20,000 nt of DNA, taken from assembly GCA_000934665.2 (NCBI GenBank), contig JYFJ02001615.1, positions 59,229-79,228 on the forward strand. Reading direction: 5' to 3'. The DNA comes from Catajapyx aquilonaris (taxonomy: Eukaryota). Below, piece by piece: positions 11,277 through 20,000 of the stretch; position 1 is the stretch's first letter; each line of letters begins with the position of its first letter. The translations under genes and the position numbers were made by a program. The notes beneath the pieces were generated by a model. The model saw only the letters and a list, made by a program, of their open reading frames with translations, ran no database searches and was not told the origin of the DNA.

Positions 11277-14200
11277 CTACTTGTCCTTGTTCAAAGCTTC
11301 AATAAACTCTTCAAGCTTCTCTTGGATTTGCCTCACACGTCCTGCGAAATTAAAAAGAAAAAATTAACACTGACAAGTCAGTTCCTTCGAACAAATGCAA
11401 TTTACCAAGTTCTTCAGCCAATTCTACTCTTCTGCCTGTCAACAGCTGCTCTTTCTTTTCTCTCTCCTGACTGAACTCTTCTAATACATCCTTAATTTCC
11501 TTCTCAAGGCGCCGGGCTAAAATGCACGCAATCAGTCACTTTCGGAGTTTCCACAGGCACTGGCACACTCACCTTCCCTGTTCATCACTTGCTGACGAAG
11601 GGCATTGGACGTTATCTTAAGCATCTGCTGTATCCTCCAGAAGAGCACCACATCAATGCACTCCATCTGAACGCAGTAATTATTACTCCATATGTTCACT
11701 CTTTTAGAGCAAAACAGCTTGCTCAGTACTCACCTCTGAAGACAAACCCTGCTGATACATGTAGTAACCTTTCTTGCAATCCCCAGCTCTCGTTATGCTC
11801 TTCTTCAGGAAGTGTTTTCTATACACTGGATGCCACGTCTGACGTATAAAGTCATTGTCTACATCTATTCCAACAGTCTGCAGGTTCCGCCTCACCATTG
11901 TGATCTCATCATAGGATAGCATGGGTCCGTGGTTCTATGAAGGTCAGTAATCAGGTAAGTGAAACATGAATTAAACCTGTAAAAATTCACATAAAATGTG
12001 GGGCTGAAGTTATCAGCAACTCAATCCACCAAAATAAACATGTCATAACAATAATAATAGGAGTCACATTAGAGGCTGTATCTGCTATTCCATGGAAAAG
12101 TAACATCTGCATCACGTGTAGCAGTGATCCAAAAGTGACCCTGATATTTGGAACACCCTGTATATGAAGGGCCAGGCACTCTAAGAAAAACACAATCTTC
12201 TCACATCGTGCAGATGTTACTTTTTTTTTGGTAGGTTCGCAGATCTGAGGTTTTTGAAGCACCTTCTCAGAGTTCAGAATCTTGTCCAGTTGTGACTTGA
12301 CTGAATTATGGTTGTCCTGCTGCTCTGTTGAGTATCTCCAGTACAGCCACCTCTCGTATGCAGTGGGTCCCAGCATTTGGTTCAACATGGCCTCAGTACT
12401 CTAAAGCAAAAGGTCATGTATGAATGAACTTGGATCACACTAACGCCAACTCTGCTTTTCTTGAAAATACAGCATACATCTAGCTTCTCCTTCAAGCTGG
12501 TTTCTAAGAAGTTGACAGCAGAATCCCACTGCTGCTTGTCATGAACAGAGCGATCTTCCAGGGCATTCAACTGAATCACTTGTAGCACTTCAACAGCCTA
12601 AAAGACAAATACACATGCTTTAAACAGAAAAAGTAAAGAGAAGAAAATACCGCTCATACTGGACATTCACGCTATGCTTAAAATTATTAGAATATTACTG
12701 CATCACCAGATAAACTTTGAAGGGAGATACACTTCTCTAGTCTTGGCAATAACGGAGAGGAGCTCTGATTTGTAAATGCTAAGTAAAGTGGGAACATCTT
12801 CATGGAAAGGTAGCCTTATATTGAACAATGGACCAGCAAAGTGTCATATCCCAAACCTGACCTTCTCCTCCCACTGGTGTCTGCGCATGGACTCTTCCAC
12901 AACTGCGGCCTTCAGGTTGTCGAAGACGACATCATGCTCCTTCGAGCACTTAAACTTATTCAGAAAGTTTCTGAACTGCTCCTGAAGTGTTTCCCAACCC
13001 ACTTCCACTGATCGGAGAGGAAGTTGCTGTTCTGCCCACTGACGCAACTTTATGTCTACTGCTGTGTTGAAGGTGCCTGCGGATTGATAAATAGCATTTT
13101 ATTCACAATAAATGCAAGAAAGTACAATCACACAATCATGTAGTGTTGGCAAGTACCTTCATTCCCAGATTGGGCAGCAGGAAGATAGATGTTCTCAAAG
13201 ACATAGGTGGCCATCTTCTCCCAAAGCTTCTTGCTAAGTGCCTCTTCCCAATGATGGGCACTGACCTGGCTCAGGTTAACCACCTCATCTAAAATTTCTC
13301 CTCTGCCTTTCTCAAACAACTCATCCCTATTGAGTTCCCGAATACGAGGAAAGTTATTTTTCCACTCCGTCTCCAGGTTAAAGCGAGTCGCCTTGAATGC
13401 ATCTGCCTCTTGTTCAACTGTCTCCCTCACCATCTTCCAGAAGCATTCAGACACTGCCAAGCTCAAGTTACGAGTTGTCACCTGGGATGACATGGCCGCA
13501 CTTTCCCTGAAAAAATTTGTCGTGGATCATCAACATGAGGAATGACCTCAATGATCAGGTTGACAAATGGTAAACCACATTAACATTGTAATGAATTCCT
13601 GGATTTCATCTCTGTTATTGGTGGTACTGCATGTAATTCTGACATCGCAAATGAATATTCTTAAGCTACAACTCATCATTCCTTCTAATGGCAACTGGTG
13701 ACATATACAGTGTGCAGAAACTTTTAAAATAAAAAATTATCTGCACCAAAATGCTCCTCTAGAAAATTGTAGGTCCATATTACTTAATTTCCAGCAATAA
13801 AATGTAATAGTAAACCATGAAAATATCTTAAAAATCACCTTACTTAAATAGTCTTGATGTGCGAAAGAACTTTTCTTCGTAATCTTTGATGGTCTGAATG
13901 CTGTCGTCCTTTTTTCCACGACCTGTCACAACAGCAAAGTACCCCAGAGCCTTCATAGGAAAGAGCTTCCCTTGGAGAATGCGTTTGATCTAAATGAATA
14001 TTTTAAAGACGCATTTTAAAGAAATGGCACAACTAAGTTAGTATGACAACAGAGTGTGTAAAGTGTGCTTACCCTTTCTGGATTTGTTAAATTTTCTTCT
14101 GCAAGGTCCACCTTAGTTAGCACAAAAATTGTCCTCTTACCACCTGGATCCATCTGGTTTACCAAGTCTGCAGTAAAAAAATGTAAAGAATTGTATAGCA

Positions 14201-16891
14201 CCTGAGAGCTAATTTAAATTTGTAATATCCCATTGTGTATAATCACCTGTGACATTGCTCCTCTCAGCATCAACAGAACCATCCTGTATGCACAGGATGA
14301 TTGCATTTGGGTTGGACATGTAGGTCTGGCAGAGTTGCTTTATGGCATCCTTTGTGTCTTCATGCATGTCTTTCGTCACAGTCTGGAAATATTTGAAAAC
14401 AATTAAGTCTCTATCATCATATGTTACCTCATAAATTCGAAGCTTCATTGGCTCTCCTACTTAAGCTGCTAAAAATGGTTTGGACAGCAGTGACCACAGC
14501 ATGACATAATATTTAATCCCAGTGCAACTCTCTGGCCTAAAATCTTCAATAATTACCAATCAATTTTGACTAAATATTATTAAGGTCATTATTTAGCATG
14601 AGTAAGTTCAGAAGAAGAAATACGACTGAGAAGAGCTGGACTAGTCAAGCAGCAAAACTCACACTGATGACTCCTGGGAGATCGACAAGCACCATCCTCT
14701 GAAGCCCTGGCCCTTTGACACTCATGGAGATGACCTCGTTGCTGACAGTTTTCCCATTTCGTACGCTGTTCATCATTCTAAGCTCCACCTCTTTGCGCAG
14801 ATCGGATAGGTCAGACTCTTTGGTCAAGTCAAATTCACGAGAACTGTCTTTGAATTGGGCTATGTGGTAAGGACCCTCACTTAGCGTCACTTTGACTGGG
14901 GAACGTGTCATCATCTCTCCAGCTCCTCTGCACAAAAAAGTGACTGGTGAAATGACACTCATAACAGCAGAATTCACTGCTCTCTGACAGACATAAGACA
15001 ACAGTATTCACCTAGGAAATATGCGTGCTTGTGCCACCATTTCCAGCACAGATGTCTTTCCAGAACTCTGATCTCCGACCACAACCACTCTTGGGAGGTG
15101 GTCATGGACATTGTAACTGGTGTCATAGTCACTCAGCTCATCCAAGACATCCGAATACATGTCAATTAAGGACTTCTGCAATTTGAAATCAATGTTAATG
15201 TACAGTAGTTGCTTGTTTAAAGCAGAATCATAACGTCTGCAAACTAACCTTTATTTTCTTCTTTGCTGCTTCGCTGCCTGCCTTGAGCAGCACCTGCTTC
15301 CGAAGCTCTTTGTTCTCCTTTTCCACCTTCTCCAGCTCTTTCTGGTATTTCAGCTGGACCTTTATCAGCTCATCTTGCAGGTTCTCCAGCCTCTCCTGCA
15401 TTGTTTCTGGAAAGCAAATTGTTGCCAGTTACTATGTGCGGCTTGCATGAATTCTGTTAGAATCTACCTGGCTTTTTCCTGCTGGGTTCAGCTGAGGCCA
15501 GACTGAAGCTTATCTCTTGATTGAAGCCATTCGCTGCATCTAAACAGTTCAAGAAAGTTTAGTCAGGCAACACTTTCAGGCACTACCTGAGTGTGCAGAA
15601 TACAAGAATCCCATCTTATGTCTGAAACCAACCAACACACACACTCTTATGGTACGCTAAAGGTTCTACGTGCACACAAGCATTGTCACAGGGATTAAGA
15701 ATAGCAATAAATTCAGCTTGTACAATACTTGCTTGCAAAGTGATCTAATTTTAAGGAATTAAAAATTCTTGGATTCTACACACCTGAGCTCATCCCAGCC
15801 ATGCTGGTTAAACTTAGGTAACCTAAGAAGGGACAGAAAAAGGCAGGTTTTAAATAAATGCAAACTCAGGATTCCCAAAAGCCTCACTTCAAGGAAGGGG
15901 TGGAAGGGATGTGATTAACTACCTTCTGGTAACATTTTTCCAGATTCCAGCTTCGCAGCTTCCGATGCTTTGATGGCATCTTCCAGGCGTTGGTTGAACC
16001 AGTTCCTCAGGTCATTATATTTGTCTTCTCCATAAGCTTTGTATCTAGGATCTGCAAGAGAAGCTGGTAGCAATAATGATACTTGGGGCAATTATACTGT
16101 AGGTACAAACCTATGTCAATGTTGGAAACTGCAGTGGAGATGTTATCCTTAAATTCAAGGAGTGTCGTCCGGACAGAGTTCCATCTCTCAGGAGGAGGCA
16201 TGTAAGCTTCAAGCCAGGAGAGGTCTGGAACCGCATCTTTCCATTTGTCAAAAGTCTGTAAATCCATTGGGATGTTTACCAAGTGCAACAACTCTTGTAA
16301 TAAACGCAGCAGTAAAGAAGCTGACCTTCTGAAGGGAGAGTCCCCCTCCGATTGCACCTCCAATCACCAAATATCGCAACTTCAACACTCCTCTCAGAAC
16401 TCGAGCAACAATCATTGCGACACCTCTGGATGGCACAATGGCTAGAGCCCCCGGATTGGGGTTATGAAGAAGGATCCTCGACCGCTTAAAACCAGAATAA
16501 TTTCTTCTCCCCGGACCAGCATAGTGGATCTTACTACGGAGCAAGCAAACAGCCGGTGTGTTTCGCAGTATGGTCGCATTTCCTGATCTTTGCAGAACAA
16601 GCGGCAAGCCGGGCCTGGAAAGCAATATTGTAAAACCACATCCGTTGACTTGCTAAGCATATTATTTCCGTATTCACGGTACGACTATTTTCACTGAATG
16701 AAATAGCGAGCCTCAGTTGCATCACTTTATATTTAAAACTATCTGTCATTAATAGTTGGCACTAATTAATAGTGCCACTGGTGCAACCAGTCAAATTAAT
16801 TGCTGCATTTTCGTTACCTGACCTGGGCCTTGCCCTTCGACCGACTTCGACCTTACCCAAAGACGCCCTTGGAGATGACCGTCAGCCCCAT
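11277..16891 (-). CDS. OPA1: Dynamin-like 120 kDa mitochondrial GTPase OPA1, complete spliced CDS, 19 exons, 975 aa
   Basis: Exons traced on the minus strand, all GT-AG with matching phases: 16891-16857, 16614-16326, 16255-16111, 16051-15923, 15539-15468, 15406-15249, 15175-15012, 14927-14663, 14382-14247, 14167-14073, 13989-13844, 13506-13157, 13076-12862, 12597-12478, 12400-12263, 11934-11734, 11666-11573, 11516-11406, 11341-11277 (TAG). Sum is 2928 nt = 975 aa + stop. The N-terminus is Arg-rich and free of acidic residues (presequence-like), followed by the TM segment [15 protein letters not shown] and the coiled coil [28 protein letters not shown]. GTPase motifs: G1 [23 protein letters not shown]2 [12 protein letters not shown]3 LVDLPG, G4 LTKVD. 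C-terminal [21 protein letters not shown]. Exon 1 ([12 protein letters not shown]) is the least certain part. It is supported by a strong ATG context (ATAATGG), an upstream in-frame TGA at 16912-16910, and a phase-2 GG|GTAAGG donor that matches exon 2. Confidence 0.97.
12150..12162 (-). mobile_element. Tc1/mariner-type MITE terminal remnant inside OPA1 intron 15
   Basis: GGAACACCCTG-TA, the reverse complement of TACAGGGTGTTCC, in one of the longer OPA1 introns (12262-11935). Confidence 0.45.
15784..15822 (-). CDS. OPA1: Candidate 39-nt in-frame cassette micro-exon of OPA1 ([13 protein letters not shown])
   Basis: Lies inside the 383-nt intron 15922-15540. Strong acceptor TTTTCTGTCCCTTCTTAG|, 39 nt with no stop, donor CAG|GTGTGT. 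Phase 1-1, the same as the flanking exon boundaries. Confidence 0.6.
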
Positions 16892-17440
16892 TATCAGTGG
16901 GTCTACGAGTCAGTCCTGGCCCGCAGATGCTGCTTCCTCCTTAGAAACTCCGAGGAACGCGACCGGCAGACCTTCAGGACACTCCCCCGAGTGGAAATAT
17001 TAGCCAGGTGACGGCGAAGGTGGCGGCCATCTTCCAACCACGCTTGCCAGATCCACATGGAACAACTGATCACGTGACATACTGCCAGATATGCAAATAA
17101 AGTCAATAATATAATTATACGTACATGGCGTTTAATTACAGCAGTGTTGCAACAGGTTTTGTGATAAACTGATTTGGTATCTGCTTTAACCGTTGCTTGG
17201 CCTGGCAACGTTATCCGTTAAATCACGTTGGGGCGTAGGTTGTTCGTGTTCGGATTTTCGAACGTTCTGCAGCTCAAACCACGCCCGGTTAGAACACTGC
17301 GGAGGACTTCCAGGCCACAGATGCGTCCCTGACCTCACGTCCAAAGAAAGAGCAGCCTCCACTGGCCACGCAGGAAAGACCCGCAAAAGGTAGAAGGGGA
17401 GGGGGGAAAAAAAGAGAGAGAGAGAGGCCCCATCGGTGCA
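16892..17440. promoter_or_regulatory. Bidirectional promoter and 5'UTR region shared by OPA1 (-) and CDCA3-like (+)
   Basis: Only 549 bp separate the two divergent start codons. The region is CpG-containing. It has a YY1/Pho-like AAGATGGCCGCC (minus, 17033-17022), a palindromic E-box TCACGTGA (17070-17077) and a CHR-like TTCGAA (17257-17262). TSSs cannot be placed from sequence alone. Confidence 0.7.
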
Positions 17441-18363
17441 ATGGGATCGTTCGGCAGCAAGCATTGGGAGGAACTCACAGAGCAGAATCCGACGCCTTCC
17501 AAGGAGTATGAGAGGCCCACTCACCTGGATCCCAGGGGACCCTCAACCGGAGTGTTCCACACCCCCATACAGGTACCGCACAACAATAACAATAACAACA
17601 ACAACAACAGCAACGGGACGATGACGACAACACCAATAAAACAATATTTTTTTGCCGTAGATGGGACGTCGCCTGGAGCATGGTTCCCAGCCTTATCGCC
17701 TCCTCTTGGATCCACGTTCACCGACTGCGGACATCGAGCGGACGCCAATCATGATTGAGAAGAAGTCTGATGTGCCTGAGGTCCTTCCTGGCCCTGTTGA
17801 CCAGTTCTTCTCGTTTACTGACTCGCCTGTATCCTCCAACCGCCCGGATGAAGGTTTGCGGCGTTTACGTTGCATGTGATTTGGGTATTGATTTGACCTC
17901 AACATCACTAATGTTGGTTTCCACATTTTAAAATTTATGCGTTGCAGTTGGTGAAGAAGCGCTGGCTGATTCTGGGAAAGAAGTGCCTGAATGTACATCG
18001 TTAGAGGAAAAGGACAAGCAAAGCTCAAAGAAGAAGCGCTTTGGAAGCAAGCTTTCAGGCGAGAGAAAAAACGGTACCAAGGACGAGGTAAGCTGATTTA
18101 GCGTGATGATAATTTAACAGCCTTTCTAATGGAATTGTTTTCTTCTGACCTTGTAGCAGAAGCGGACCCCTCTTTCTCTAGTAAATCAGAATCTGAATGA
18201 TTCTCCTCACCCAGCCTTCCGACCTCTTGGTTTGCGAGACCAGGATGGGTCTGGTGGTGGTTTCTCAACAAAGTCTTTCCCGCTCAGGCGCCGTGCCCTC
18301 GAAAACTTCACGCTTTTGGTTGATGAAGATTGCGAGGTTGGAATGAATCCCAATGGCGAATAA
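17441..18363 (+). CDS. CDCA3: CDCA3 / Tome-1-like (cell division cycle-associated 3) protein, 4 exons, 223 aa
   Basis: Exons 17441-17572 (CAG|GTACCG), 17661-17853 (CCGTAG| ... G|GTTTGC), 17948-18087 (TTGCAG| ... GAG|GTAAGC) and 18157-18363 (TTGTAG| ... TAA). Phases 0, 1, 0 are consistent; total 672 nt. The protein starts MGSFGSK (MGxxxS myristoylation pattern). It has two repeats, DPRGPSTGVFHTPIQ and DPRSPTADIERTPI, resembling the DPRSP...RTP repeats of vertebrate CDCA3. A late RTPLSLVNQNLNDSP segment resembles the CDCA3 RSPL...NSP segment. Confidence 0.8.
17581..17614 (+). repeat. Imperfect (AAC/AAT)n microsatellite in intron 1 of the CDCA3-like gene
   Basis: CAACAATAACAATAACAACAACAACAACAGCAAC inside the 88-nt intron 17573-17660. 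Confidence 0.9.
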
Positions 18364-19505
18364 TAGTCATGCATTCTGAATGAAGGAACCCCATTCTACT
18401 ACATCTTTTTTTATTACCTTTTCGATGACGGCCATTGCGATGCTTAGCAATTAAGAACACAAGGAGCGTAAGTCGGTTTTTATCATGGCGTGTACTATTT
18501 ATTGAGTTAGTATCACTCTTTTGTCATTCTCGTTTTTATACCACTTTATATTTTATTTTGTATTACAAGGGTAGCTTTTACGTATTAGTCCTTTTTACTT
18601 ATCATTACTGGAGCGGAGGTTGATAACATGGTTATCCCTGACCTCATGAAGATTTACGATGCCGGTGCCCTATGATGAGGGAAATATAATAATGACACGC
18701 TTGATATGTTGCTGTGATTTTTGGAAAACGGTTGCCATTAAATGGATCATAGTTACCATCCTGTCTTTTTTAATTTGATGTACATCCTTTAGGCTGGGTG
18801 CAAATCAGGCAAGAGCAAAGTATATCCCAATTTATCAACAGTCACTTGTCAGCGCAGTGACAGTGCAGCATATTGAACGGATGAAGGCAAGTAAGATGCA
18901 TGGTGACAGGAGACGAAATGAGAATGGTGTGTAATGCTAAATCATCCATAGCCTTGGAGTGCGCATATGAAAGGGAAGCCATCTGGTAAGTAATTTTGAT
19001 TATTATTCACGGCACATAAGCAATGACATGTGAAATCACTCAGAAAAGTGGTAGCCGACTGAAAGCATTGATAGTGAGTATGATAACTACGTCACCTTCT
19101 TACATGAAGTTCAAAGACTTTTACTTATCAGACTGGGCATGTTTTTGTCCCAGTAAATGCGATAAACTCAGGATATCACAAGTATTGGCGTGCCTGTTCG
19201 AGCGTAGTGACCTGCAAAAATGGATGGCGACATCTTGGCCCTATTTATGCAATGATGCAATGCAATTCAAATCTGGCGCAATGCAAAAGGAGAGGCGCCG
19301 TATGGGGGAAGAGAAGCCATATTTTTTTCCCCAGTGTTGCCAACTCTGAAGGCTGCCAACCCGCTGTCCCTTTTTTCTTTCTGTGGTTTTTCTCTCCGCG
19401 TCCGTGACTTCGAAGATCGTTTACCCCTCAGCCTCTTTATTGCCCTTGATTTTCCTTTCACCGACCCTCCCAGCTGAATCAGGTAGGTGCCAGCGTGGCC
19501 CATAT

Positions 19506-19757
19506 ATGCTGCAAGGCTGGTGCCGTCTCCTCTCACAATCGAGCAGCCTCCTTTGGTCGAGTGGCCGGTACACGTGTCCGCCGGCTGTCCTCCTCCGTTG
19601 GGTCCATCTCTGGTCTCCAGTCTGCTCACCACCTTTGGCTCCAGAGTGGGGCAGGAAGAAGGACGATCGGGAAGTCAGGATAAGGCAGCTGCCAAGGATG
19701 ACCAACCCAGAGGTCGAGCAAGTGCTGGCCCCAATGAGGGCTGCCGTCAAGGAACAG
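19506..19757 (+). CDS. GARS1: Glycyl-tRNA synthetase, first coding exon (mitochondrial presequence plus start of WHEP domain); gene continues beyond the window
   Basis: Translates as MLQGWCRLLSQSSSLLWSSGRYTCPPAVLLRWVHLWSPVCSPPLAPEWGRKKDDREVRIRQLPR-MTNPEVEQVLAPMRAAVKEQ, then a phase-0 donor CAG|GTGAGA at 19757/19758. EVEQVLAPMRAAVKEQ matches the start of the metazoan GlyRS WHEP domain (human EEVLAPLRLAVRQQ-G; insect LAPLRAAVKEQ-G). It is probably absent from the ORF track because this frame has no stop before the window ends. Confidence 0.9.
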
Positions 19758-20000
19758 GTGAGACCTCAACACTTAATGTACCTGATATTACAAAATAATT
19801 GGGATGATAATAAAAACAACAACAACAATACCATCATGGCCTTTCCCAAAAGTTTGGGGTACCAGAGGATAACGACGAGGAGGTCGTTTCTACTATCACA
19901 TAATCTAATACATATTTCTAGACGTATGTCTGTCTCTCCTGTTATTCGCTATGCAAATCCGTACGGAGGCCCCGACATATGCCCCAGGGGTTTCACTAGG

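Noticed and set aside
17441..17758. 105-aa poly-Asn ORF, with antisense poly-Leu and poly-Cys ORFs
   Set aside because: Read-through of CDCA3-like exon 1 into the intronic (AAC)n microsatellite.
19267..19798. Listed ORFs 19487-19798, 19495-19683, 19421-19750 and 19267-19632
   Set aside because: Shadow frames of the GlyRS first exon, whose true frame starts at 19506.
19758..20000. GlyRS frame stays open through the intron to the window end
   Set aside because: There is a consensus donor at 19758 and the translation shows no WHEP continuation. About 80 open codons can occur by chance.
1..20000. CRISPR arrays, prokaryotic operons or autonomous transposon ORFs
   Set aside because: Spliced eukaryotic genes throughout. 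No regularly spaced repeats, and no reverse transcriptase, transposase or recombinase motifs were seen.

Overview
Eukaryotic genomic DNA from an intron-rich animal, most likely an arthropod judging by protein similarity and short introns. The right half holds a compact three-gene cluster that the ORF track fragments or misses. (1) A complete OPA1 mitochondrial dynamin-like GTPase gene on the minus strand (CDS 16891->11277, 19 exons traced by hand, 975 aa, plus a candidate 39-nt cassette micro-exon). (2) Head-to-head with it across about 550 bp, a 4-exon, 223-aa CDCA3/Tome-1-like gene (17441-18363, +). (3) The first coding exon of glycyl-tRNA synthetase (19506-19757, +), with two in-frame ATGs that would give mitochondrial and cytosolic forms. 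I recognise no coding sequence in the left ~11 kb. That region carries a cluster of GGCACGTG E-boxes next to a (GA)n tract, transposon-end remnants, and an inverted pair of ~0.45-kb repeats in which a tRNA-like Pol III module sits inside the element rather than at its 5' end. All family assignments come from remembered motifs, not database searches.
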